Positions 1 through 7,338 of a stretch of 20,000 nucleotides of DNA are shown piece by piece. Each line of letters begins with the position of its first letter. Position 1 is the stretch's first letter. A program made the translations under genes and the position numbers. Origin of the DNA: an uncultured virus (IMG/VR IMGVR_UViG_3300033562_000771) (taxonomy: Duplodnaviria; Heunggongvirae; Uroviricota; Caudoviricetes); IMG/VR virus record IMGVR_UViG_3300033562_000771, positions 108,939 to 128,938 of that record; one strand, given 5' to 3'. The notes beneath the pieces were generated by a model, which was given only the letters and a program-made list of their open reading frames with translations, searched no databases and was not told the origin of the DNA.

Positions 1-771
1 TGTAGTGCCCGTAGCTATAAGAGGGGAAGTAACCAGAATGCCCGTTAAGACGGTTGAGTCAAGCTCCCACGTATCAGCCAGTGTTTTTCTCAGCACCCCT
101 GTAGTTCCCGTGAGGGTTGCTATAGCTGATAGGCTAGAATTCAAAGGTTGAGCATCGGAAATACCATACCCTGCCAGTGTAGTAGGCGATGACCCAAATA
201 GAACTCTCCCCTTAGAATCCACCGTAACCGTTGAATAGGTCCCCGCTGGGACCCCCGTATCAGCTAACGTGGTGGATATCGTGGGGAGTCCCGTCCCTGT
301 GATATCCCCAGAAAGCGTAACCTCCGTTAGGTATCCCTGAGCCTTAACAAATGCCGTGGTTGCTATGGCTGTTGAATTATTAACCGTGGAAGGTGTGGGT
401 GCGGTAGGAACCCCCGAGAAACTAGGGGATTCCAGGGAGGCTAGAGAAGTATCCGTGGGATGGCGGTGATCCTCCCTGGAGTGCCGTAGCGATGTGCCTA
501 CCGCAGCTAGCCCATCCATAAGAGGCGCTACTGAGCCAGCTTGCCCAGCGTAAAATTCCGTTGTAGCTATTTTTGTAGAACTATCATCTTGAGTTGGAGT
601 CACAGATAGAGGGGTTCCAGTAAGCTCAGGGGAGTGGATCGGAGCTTTAACAAGATCAATTCTTGTAGCCTCATCATCAATGAGGGTAAAATTAGTGTTG
701 ATGAGTGTATCCCAGGGAATAGTCCCCTGCGCTGGACGAGCTAAGTTAAGCTTAGTTGTATTAGTAGCCAT
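1..771 (-). CDS. Phage tail fibre protein, N-terminal part (runs off the left edge; absent from the ORF track)
   Basis: ATG at 771 overlaps the 3' end of the upstream gene and the frame stays open to position 1: MATNTTKLNLARPAQGTIPWDTLINTNF... It contains typical tail-fibre repeats SPELTGTP..PT..DSSTKIATTEF, SPSFSGVPTAPTP...NSTAIATTAFV and AGTYSTVTVDSKGRV..G..PTTLAGYGISDAQP. Confidence 0.85.
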   Translation of the reverse strand, partial: MATNTTKLNLARPAQGTIPWDTLINTNFTLIDDEATRIDLVKAPIHSPELTGTPLSVTPTQDDSSTKIATTEFYAGQAGSVAPLMDGLAAVGTSLRHSREDHRHPTDTSLASLESPSFSGVPTAPTPSTVNNSTAIATTAFVKAQGYLTEVTLSGDITGTGLPTISTTLADTGVPAGTYSTVTVDSKGRVLFGSSPTTLAGYGISDAQPLNSSLSAIATLTGTTGVLRKTLADTWELDSTVLTGILVTSPLIATGTT

Positions 772-1525
772 ATCCATTCAACCCATATGAAAATATTCCA
801 TAGCCTAAGTTATGATGATCCGCTATTATTCCACTAGTGGTTTTAATAATAACACTGGTGATATACGGAACTTCTATTGAAGCTGTGATCTGTTCGTGAT
901 TATGCACTACAAACCTAGTTGGGGACCCATTAATGACAACACTAGCGATATTGCCAAAGTTACTCCCCCCTATTTTGCAATAATTAGGGAAGTTAATTGT
1001 GTAAGTTTGCCCCGTTGGTGATGTAGAAAGACCGTCAACTGGATGGGGGGCTACTTCTTCATATGGGAGAATACTTTGGTTAAAAGCCAGAGCCTCAATA
1101 GGATTGCTGGTATGTACCTGGACATACGCAATATGCGGCTCAAAAACGAGTTTAAAATCTGAGGGCGTGGTATACGTGGATAGGTTTCTTGCAACAGTAA
1201 ATTTACCTGAAACAGCACCCGTGGGGATAGTCACCTGGACGGTATTAGAATCTAGTATAACTAAAGATGCTGGGTCAATTTGAGTCACGCCTAGTTTAAA
1301 CGACAGACGGGGGTATAATAGGTCCCACCCAAATAAACCCATAGGGTTTAAGTTTGAATGAGCATGACGAGCAATATAGTAGGTGCCTAGATGGGCCACC
1401 ACGTCATTAGCATTATAATAGGTAGAGGCATTCCAGGAAGACTTCCATACAATCTGGAAGTCACCTATGAGAGTAACCGTAGACCCAATTGGACCCCTAG
1501 ATGGGCTAAAGCTTAAAATTTGCAA
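761..1525 (-). CDS. IPT/TIG (Ig-like) domain protein with a CBM5/12-like carbohydrate-binding insert; probable virion protein
   Basis: N-terminus ILSFSPSRGPIGSTVTLIG and later VQVTIPTGAVSGKFTV match the IPT/TIG pattern. WNASTYYNANDVVAHLGTYYIA...P....W matches the CBM5/12 pattern. A second TIG-like segment (GSNFGNIASVVING...EQITA) and a GY-rich tail follow. TTG start with GGGGT upstream. Confidence 0.7.
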   Translation of the reverse strand: MQILSFSPSRGPIGSTVTLIGDFQIVWKSSWNASTYYNANDVVAHLGTYYIARHAHSNLNPMGLFGWDLLYPRLSFKLGVTQIDPASLVILDSNTVQVTIPTGAVSGKFTVARNLSTYTTPSDFKLVFEPHIAYVQVHTSNPIEALAFNQSILPYEEVAPHPVDGLSTSPTGQTYTINFPNYCKIGGSNFGNIASVVINGSPTRFVVHNHEQITASIEVPYITSVIIKTTSGIIADHHNLGYGIFSYGLNGYGY

Positions 1526-1535
1526 AAGGTATACC

Positions 1536-1594
1536 CCAGAAACACCTACATCAAAAGGGTTTGTTGGAGGACCGTTTGGTGTAGGTGTTTCTGG
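1536..1594 (-). promoter_or_regulatory. 20-bp inverted repeat (stem-loop) directly upstream of the TTG start at 1525
   Basis: Arms ccagaaacacctacatcaaa (1536-1555) and tttggtgtaggtgtttctgg (1575-1594) are 19/20 complementary with a 19-nt loop. No U-tract follows directly on the coding strand. Confidence 0.75.
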
Positions 1595-1599
1595 TAGTT

Positions 1600-1800
1600 T
1601 TAGTTTCCGCGTTTACTACGTGGTAGCTGGTATGTTGGGTAACGGTTAATAATAGTTTTCTTTTCTTCCACTTCGGCAATCAGAAAGACAATTGTAGCTT
1701 GGAGTTCTCTCTTAGAGAGACTTGAAAGTGAGTGCCCCAAAATGGAGACGCCGCTAGCTGGTGGAAGGAATTCTTCAATAAAATCATTTGGCAATCCCAT
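1600..1800 (-). CDS. Small hypothetical protein (66 aa, MGLPNDFIEEF...)
   Basis: Restarted from track ORF 1600..1884: ATG at 1800 has GGAGG 8 nt upstream and removes the overlap with the 2H gene. Confidence 0.65.
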   Translation of the reverse strand: MGLPNDFIEEFLPPASGVSILGHSLSSLSKRELQATIVFLIAEVEEKKTIINRYPTYQLPRSKRGN

Positions 1801-1831
1801 GGGGGCGTCCTCCGGGGTTTCAACTCTCTGT

Positions 1832-2224
1832 TTAAAGAGATTTGCAGTTGCCGAGAGTTGTATGAAAACACTTAAGAAAACCATCGGGAGGTTTGGTGTA
1901 GGGGCTAGTCACGGGGAGACCTAACTCGACCCTAATAACTTCCAATCGAACCGAGAAGACATTTAACCAATAATAAAGGGTATCATTTTGAATAATTGGG
2001 TCATACAAGAATAAGATGCGCTCACCCTCATATTTACCCCATAGGTTCATATTAGGTGGGACCTCATTTCGTACAACGGAGATATGCGGAGCATACCGTT
2101 GACCAGCAACATTCTTATACTTAGGGATGAGGGATCTGTAAAATAAAGCCAGTTGAGGGTCTACAGATACAATTAACTTACGATCCCCATAGTGTAGAAT
2201 CCCATGAGATTCATGAAGTGTCAT
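1832..2224 (-). CDS. 2H phosphoesterase superfamily protein
   Basis: Two catalytic HxS/T motifs: PHISVV and FHTTLG, the second preceded by IRVELGLP. Confidence 0.8.
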   Translation of the reverse strand: MTLHESHGILHYGDRKLIVSVDPQLALFYRSLIPKYKNVAGQRYAPHISVVRNEVPPNMNLWGKYEGERILFLYDPIIQNDTLYYWLNVFSVRLEVIRVELGLPVTSPYTKPPDGFLKCFHTTLGNCKSL

Positions 2225-2246
2225 TCGGATACCTTTAGGCTAAGGC

Positions 2247-2762
2247 TTACAGGAGAGCTTTCAGTTTAGCATAGAACTCATCCAGTGTACCATTATTTTC
2301 AATCACAGAGTCATACTCTGAATCAGGGATATGGTCCAGGGCGGTTTCAGACTCATGTGTGAGATTTGTAGCACCATAAAGGATGCGATCTTCTAGAGGC
2401 CTTTTAATCTTGATTTTCAGAATCCCAAACTGATCTAGAAGCCGGAACTCATTGGGAAATCTTACATCAGTCAGGTAAATATTGGCACCTTTAGGAATCT
2501 CACTAAGGGTGGCTTGCATGACATTAATCCAAATGTCGGGATTAATAGTTTTACGCCCCCAATCAGTCCCAATAAACTGGAGTAATCCTCGGTCCCGACC
2601 CCCCTCAGGAGGGGTAAGTCTGGAAATCTTGTAAATTGCCTCCTGAATCTGATACAAAGGATCTGCAAATTTCAGAGTGGGGCCTGGAGCTGTCTGCTTA
2701 AGAAAATCTGCAGCCGTATCTTTACCAACCCTCATCCCCCCAATAAAACCATACCGTACCAT
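2247..2762 (-). CDS. Deoxynucleoside monophosphate kinase (phage dNMP kinase family)
   Basis: P-loop GGMRVGKDT, then FADPL, RGLLQFIGTDWGR, DIWI, TDVRFPNE and HESE motifs. GGAG RBS. Confidence 0.9.
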   Translation of the reverse strand: MVRYGFIGGMRVGKDTAADFLKQTAPGPTLKFADPLYQIQEAIYKISRLTPPEGGRDRGLLQFIGTDWGRKTINPDIWINVMQATLSEIPKGANIYLTDVRFPNEFRLLDQFGILKIKIKRPLEDRILYGATNLTHESETALDHIPDSEYDSVIENNGTLDEFYAKLKALL

Positions 2763-2772
2763 TAATTCTCCA

Positions 2773-3420
2773 TTAGAATGCTGTGTTTTTTACATAGTAG
2801 AATGGGTTGCACTGATCTTGATTACGCTGGGGGTCTGTATAGCGATTCATGGCAGTAACCATGAGCATGACCGCGTATGCATAATGCTTGGGGAAAGCTG
2901 TTTCATCAACTCTAAGCACCCAGGAGGGCTTAGAGTTATATATACCCAGGGACATTTCAAAAGCATACGAGTTTGCGTATGGGTATACCGAGTCTGAAAT
3001 ACGCCCAATAATACCATATTGCTGACCAACTCTAGCATGGACTTCAACCGAAATTGTTTTTGAGACAATCCTAAATGAGTAGCTACGATTCTCTCGAAGG
3101 GAGCTAGTGTCCAGGAACAAGGTTGTTTTATTAATGGGTCTATTAAAGGTGTCGGTGGACGTTCGAAGGTCAAACTCAATGTCCCTCAAAGGCTCAGATG
3201 CTCGAAGCCCTGTAAGCCAAATAGTAGGGGAGAACATATTAAACGTATCCAGGTCATCACAATAATCGATGTTATGCCCTGCTGCATTGGCAATATGCCA
3301 TTGAACTCTACCCGAAAGGATAAACGAAGGAGTGGCCTTCACCTCAACCCAATGCTGGGCGGGGGCTGATGCTACCAACATCGAGATGCTAAGAATCCAG
3401 AAGTAAATAAATAGGCGCAT
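2773..3420 (-). CDS. Hypothetical secreted/periplasmic protein
   Basis: N-terminal signal-peptide-like sequence MRLFIYFWILSISMLVASAPA. GAGGGG RBS. Fills the gap between its neighbours. Confidence 0.7.
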   Translation of the reverse strand: MRLFIYFWILSISMLVASAPAQHWVEVKATPSFILSGRVQWHIANAAGHNIDYCDDLDTFNMFSPTIWLTGLRASEPLRDIEFDLRTSTDTFNRPINKTTLFLDTSSLRENRSYSFRIVSKTISVEVHARVGQQYGIIGRISDSVYPYANSYAFEMSLGIYNSKPSWVLRVDETAFPKHYAYAVMLMVTAMNRYTDPQRNQDQCNPFYYVKNTAF

Positions 3421-3458
3421 GTGTTAACCCCTCTACACTAGATACGAGGGGTTCACAC
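3421..3458 (-). promoter_or_regulatory. RBS-occluding hairpin
   Basis: mRNA sense GUGUGAACCCCUC-GUAUCUAGUGUA-GAGGGGUUAACAC-AUG: 12/13 paired. The 3' arm contains the SD and ends at the start codon (3420). Confidence 0.75.
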
Positions 3459-3468
3459 AAAAGATCCA
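3433..3468 (-). promoter_or_regulatory. Putative bipartite promoter, class 1, copy A
   Basis: TGGATCTTTT-N12-CGTATCTAGTGTAG; near-identical boxes and identical spacing at 9393-9428. Confidence 0.65.
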
Positions 3469-3496
3469 GCCTACGATAAACAAACCCATGGATTCA

Positions 3497-4075
3497 TCAA
3501 AACCCATGTTTCTTAAACCAAATACAGCAAATTTGCGCTAGAGCTTTTCCAATTGTTTGATCTGTTTCTGGGAGTCCATAATTATAATTTACATCCTCAA
3601 GTTCTACACGAACCAACCTACAGCCCAATTCAACCATAATTGGGTCCAAATCATTTTTAATGTTGAAATGAGAGTCTCTACCCACCTCATCTCGTGTTTT
3701 AGATATCGAAAAACTACATTTATGATCCGAATTAAATCTAGAGGGCCAGCGCTCTTTTTCATAGAGTGTGTAATCGGGGATTGTAATATAAATCCACCCC
3801 CCATCCTTTACAACCCGTACCCAATTGGCTAAAGCTATCTTTAAATCAGGTAGATGCTCTAAACAATGAGATGAGTATAGACTATCAAAGGATCGATCTG
3901 GAATGGTTTGTAAATAGGAGGCATCACCATCAGTTAAGTCCCATGGACGAACAACGCCTTGGGGAGGTTTTAGTGGGTCAGGGCCGCAGCCAACATCCAA
4001 AATGTCTCCATTTAGGTAATTTTCAAAATCCCCACGAGCGGCGCGTAGGAGGTGACATTTAGACGTCTCACGCAT
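3497..4075 (-). CDS. Class I SAM-dependent methyltransferase (type 11-like)
   Basis: Motifs ILDVGCG, GDA..L..IPDRSFD..YSSHCLEHL and WVRVVKDGGWIYITIPD. GAGGT RBS. Confidence 0.9.
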   Translation of the reverse strand: MRETSKCHLLRAARGDFENYLNGDILDVGCGPDPLKPPQGVVRPWDLTDGDASYLQTIPDRSFDSLYSSHCLEHLPDLKIALANWVRVVKDGGWIYITIPDYTLYEKERWPSRFNSDHKCSFSISKTRDEVGRDSHFNIKNDLDPIMVELGCRLVRVELEDVNYNYGLPETDQTIGKALAQICCIWFKKHGF

Positions 4076-4092
4076 ATATACCTCTTCTATAA

Positions 4093-4719
4093 CTAATCTA
4101 GAGCTTCAACCTCAGAACTGTCACTTAGAACAGCGGAAGTAAAGAACATTCCAAGACTATTAATATTGTTATCATTATCCCCGGTTAGATCATATTTTTC
4201 TAGGTAGCGGGACGGAAGAGTTATAATAAATTGCGCGGAAAATAGGTTTAGAGCCACCGTGCTATAGGTAGGATTTTCAGGATCTGGATGATGTTGAAAA
4301 ACTCCTCGCAGATTTTTATACACGGTTTCCCTAAAAATTACATTATCCCCATGAGAAAAAACACAATTTTCTTTAAGCTGTGTCTCATATTCTGCTTTTA
4401 AAAATTTAATCCACTCGTCATCCATCATGCAGATACGCTTAGTAGCTGGGTCTGTTGGGATCTGATAGACATATGGGCAACTATTTGGGTCGAGTAGCTT
4501 AATATCTGAGGGGGAAAAATCATCTAGGCTAATATAGCCATAGGGATCTGTGATAAGTTTGGACCCCTTAATGGGTAGGAAAAGAGCCCAGGGCTTGGTC
4601 ACATGGAGATCTAGCCAGTCTACAAATTTAGTGAAGAAAACCTGGAGTCGCTCATGGGTTATATGAATATTAATGGGGATCCAAATCTTCCCCTGTGGGT
4701 TATGTCGTTCCACGTACAT
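4093..4719 (-). CDS. Divergent NusG/RfaH-like transcription elongation factor
   Basis: C-terminal FSHGDNVIFRETVYKNLRGVF...STVALNLFSAQFIITLPSRYLEK follows the KOW pattern (FxxGDxVxIxxGxFxGxxGx...VxLxLF...VxxxxLEK). The N-half has NGN-like W..., LFLP, YGYI and MDDEWIKFL. GGAG RBS. Confidence 0.55.
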   Translation of the reverse strand: MYVERHNPQGKIWIPINIHITHERLQVFFTKFVDWLDLHVTKPWALFLPIKGSKLITDPYGYISLDDFSPSDIKLLDPNSCPYVYQIPTDPATKRICMMDDEWIKFLKAEYETQLKENCVFSHGDNVIFRETVYKNLRGVFQHHPDPENPTYSTVALNLFSAQFIITLPSRYLEKYDLTGDNDNNINSLGMFFTSAVLSDSSEVEALD

Positions 4720-4722
4720 TAA

Positions 4723-6105
4723 TTACTCCTGAGCATCGCCAACTTGCGGAATGGGGGATTGTACAGAAAATTGAGCTAAAAAAGATGCAACCGAGGGTGC
4801 CCCTACAGTAGGAATGGGAGTAGGAATGGGAGTAGGAATGGGAGTAGGAATGGGAGTAGGAATGGGAGTAGGAATGGGTGTAGGAATGGGTGTGGGAATG
4901 GGTGTGGGAATGGGTGTAGGCGGGTTTGTGATAACACTAGGAGTCTCAGCGGGGCGCGGGAGAGGGGTTGGCCTGGGAGCTAATACGACACTTCTAGGGG
5001 AAGGCCTTAACTTAGCTTCTGGCTTGGGTTTTCTTACCACATCGCTATCAGAAGCAGTCTGGGTGATGTCCTGTTTTTGCGGAGATACTTTAAGCCTGGA
5101 AACCAACTGAATCATAAAATTTTGAAGTTGAGAGGGGGTTGTTGGGGTGGGTGCAATAGATAACCAAGTCATAATGGGAATCACATCCCCCCACCCTACA
5201 AGCATATTGTGTGGCTCTACTTTTAGTAATGCCAACTGATGCTTAATAATAACATCATGTATAGATAAAGCAATATCGGAGGGTGTCATGAACTGTAGCC
5301 ATTCTGCGAGGGCTACTAACATAAAAGAGGGGTCTCGCAACGTGGCTTCCAAGGCAGCTTTAATACGCGAGGTATCTACCCTACACGTGAGCCTAGTCAC
5401 ACAGTCTAGCGTGATACCTTCAGCTAGATGAGCCTGTTCTAGGATATTTAATGCGTCCCTAAGGTGACCATGAGACGCTTCTGCTATAGCCCTGAGAGCG
5501 TCTTCTTCAAAATCCCCTACCCCCTCTGTTTTCAGAACATATTTCATCCGTTCGATCATGAGGGTGGTGGAAATTGGGGTTAGCCTAAAATCACGCGATC
5601 TTGATTTAATGGAGTCTAGAATCTTGTCAGCTTCGGTAGTGCAAAAAATAAAAACAGTATATTGCACGGATTCTTCAAGGGTTTTTAGCAGAGCATTCCA
5701 CCCTTCCGGGGTAACTCTATGGGCCTCATCCAGAACTACCACCCTTCGAGATGAACCCATAGCTGGGTAGGCACAAAGTTTAACTAGTTCTCGAATGTCT
5801 GCGACCTTCCCTGAAGACGCCGCATCACGTTCAATGTAATTAATATTGTTCCCCGATGTGAAGGCCTTACAGGATTCACATATATTACAGGGCATACCCT
5901 CAGAATCGGGGGACTCACATAGGAGTGCTTTAGCTAGAATCCGTGCAATACTAGTTTTACCAACCCCATAGGACCCTTCGATGATTATTGATGGGATAAT
6001 AAATTTGCCTCGAAGCATACCCTTAAGAATGGTGAGGGTATCATCCTGCCCTACAACATCCAAGAATGTGGTGGGCCTGTATTTAGTCATCCAAGAATCA
6101 GTCAT
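4723..6105 (-). CDS. dnaX: DNA polymerase III gamma/tau-like clamp-loader ATPase
   Basis: KYRPTTFLDVVGQ, Walker A GSYGVGKT, four-Cys Zn module (LLC...PCNICESC), DAAS, Walker B DEAH, NALLKTLEE, SRS in place of SRC, GHLRDAL. Pro/Thr-rich C-tail. Confidence 0.92.
   Translation of the reverse strand: MTDSWMTKYRPTTFLDVVGQDDTLTILKGMLRGKFIIPSIIIEGSYGVGKTSIARILAKALLCESPDSEGMPCNICESCKAFTSGNNINYIERDAASSGKVADIRELVKLCAYPAMGSSRRVVVLDEAHRVTPEGWNALLKTLEESVQYTVFIFCTTEADKILDSIKSRSRDFRLTPISTTLMIERMKYVLKTEGVGDFEEDALRAIAEASHGHLRDALNILEQAHLAEGITLDCVTRLTCRVDTSRIKAALEATLRDPSFMLVALAEWLQFMTPSDIALSIHDVIIKHQLALLKVEPHNMLVGWGDVIPIMTWLSIAPTPTTPSQLQNFMIQLVSRLKVSPQKQDITQTASDSDVVRKPKPEAKLRPSPRSVVLAPRPTPLPRPAETPSVITNPPTPIPTPIPTPIPTPIPTPIPTPIPTPIPTPIPTPIPTVGAPSVASFLAQFSVQSPIPQVGDAQE
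4807..4920. repeat. 12-bp tandem repeat x9.5 encoding (PTPI)n in DnaX
   Basis: Six exact AGTAGGAATGGG units (4807-4878), one TGTAGGAATGGG, two TGTGGGAATGGG and a half unit. Confidence 0.97.
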
Positions 6106-6148
6106 TATCCATCCACGAAAGTAGAGTCACAATATAGGAGATACAGAA

Positions 6149-6177
6149 TATAAAAGTGGCCCCATGTGGGGCCACTT
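6149..6177 (-). terminator. Intrinsic terminator after the DUF932-like gene
   Basis: Arms aagtggcccca (6154-6164) and tggggccactt (6167-6177); on the minus strand the stem runs into TTTTATATT. Confidence 0.8.
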
Positions 6178-6198
6178 AAAATAACTAGAAAAAGAACC

Positions 6199-7338
6199 TT
6201 AGGCTTCGCGTGTAGCGTCAGCCTCTTCCTTTTTCTTCTTACGACTATGGGGGGAGTCATACGCTAGAGTAAACCCAAAAGTTTGACCAATACACTTCTC
6301 AATAGCTCTGCGCCTACGAAGATTAGGAATAGCCTGTGCTTCTTGAGTTAGGTCATTTAGAAGATTCCACTGGGACCGTGTAACATCTTGAGCAACCTTC
6401 TCCTCAATCATTGCAATGAAGGCATTGGGGGTTCCGTTATAGGCCAAACGCTCCAGAGAGGTCTGAAGATCCATTTGTTCCAGCATGAGTTCATCACGCC
6501 TAGTCGCAAGACGTTTCCCAATGGCGTCATTCGTGACAACTTCCTTCAGCAGCCGCGAGAAGATGTAGGCGGGAACCGTGGGGTCCAACCCTCTATAGGG
6601 GTGCTTATAGGCTTCCTTGCCATCCATTGATGGGACAGCAAGCCCATTGGAGCAGATCTTGCGCCACAGCCCTAAACCCAACACCACTCCAGTATCAGCG
6701 CACTCAGAAAACTGGAGATCATATGCGAGGAAGATTTTATCTTCATCAGACGTTGGGAGGAAATTGGGCGACAAAAGACGCAGATAATTAGCGCCGTAGG
6801 GATCAATATTGCACATATTGCGATCAACAACAACATGGCCCCCAAGGGCATCCACGAGTCCCTCAAAAATTGTGGAGTTCTTAATGGTCTGAAAAGTACC
6901 CTTGAGAACTGCACACAATTCATTCTTTTGGGTAGATGCGTTGTAATGATACTTGAGCAGGATCTCTTTTTCAGCAACCTGGGTTTTAAGCGCAGTATGC
7001 GTGGAGAAAAGCTGGATATTATCAGCACCGGGGTTCTTACGAGCAAACGCTCCGGGGATACCGAGAGCCGCGCAATACTGAGTGAAGGCAAGGCCATTTT
7101 CAGGGAAATGATACTTATCCCCAAGAATATCAAGGTGATAGGTATTATCCTCGAAAACACACCTCAGATCGCTCAACCCAACAAGCTCTTCCTGAATATC
7201 CTCACAGGCCTTAAAGGAATCCCTTACTTCCTGGATAAAATCGGAGTCCACCGCTTGAGCATCGTCATACTCAAGATACGTAGCCCCTTCAAAATTAATG
7301 GGAGGTAGCACAGCAGATGGTTCAAAAACTTCGGACAT
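6199..7338 (-). CDS. DUF932-like phage/plasmid protein
   Basis: AFTQYCAALGIPGAFARK, AVLKGTFQTIKNS.IF, FSE..D.G..L.LGLWRKICSNGL and W.LLN.LT..AQ resemble DUF932 family motifs. GGAGG RBS. Confidence 0.7.
   Translation of the reverse strand: MSEVFEPSAVLPPINFEGATYLEYDDAQAVDSDFIQEVRDSFKACEDIQEELVGLSDLRCVFEDNTYHLDILGDKYHFPENGLAFTQYCAALGIPGAFARKNPGADNIQLFSTHTALKTQVAEKEILLKYHYNASTQKNELCAVLKGTFQTIKNSTIFEGLVDALGGHVVVDRNMCNIDPYGANYLRLLSPNFLPTSDEDKIFLAYDLQFSECADTGVVLGLGLWRKICSNGLAVPSMDGKEAYKHPYRGLDPTVPAYIFSRLLKEVVTNDAIGKRLATRRDELMLEQMDLQTSLERLAYNGTPNAFIAMIEEKVAQDVTRSQWNLLNDLTQEAQAIPNLRRRRAIEKCIGQTFGFTLAYDSPHSRKKKKEEADATREA

Noticed and set aside
1891..1902. 12-mer gtttggtgtagg also present in the hairpin arm at 1574-1585
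   Set aside because: Lies within the 2H coding sequence; a single short match is compatible with chance.
4717..4728. dnaX and nusG-like ORFs are in frame (GAG TAA TTA ATG): possible read-through fusion or recoding
   Set aside because: TAA is the commonest stop here and the downstream gene has its own GGAG RBS; no sign of an alternative genetic code.
4777..4783. T TTT TTA slippery heptamer near the dnaX 3' end (gamma/tau-like frameshift)
   Set aside because: Only ~17 codons from the stop, the -1 frame closes shortly after, and no clear stimulator is visible; not the E. coli A AAA AAG site.
4807..4920. Tandem repeats (also 12811-12928 and 19860-20000) as a CRISPR array
   Set aside because: No unique spacers; periods are multiples of 3 and lie inside coding frames.
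4814..5110. Plus-strand ORF with (GVGM)n
   Set aside because: Antisense shadow of the PTPI repeat in dnaX.
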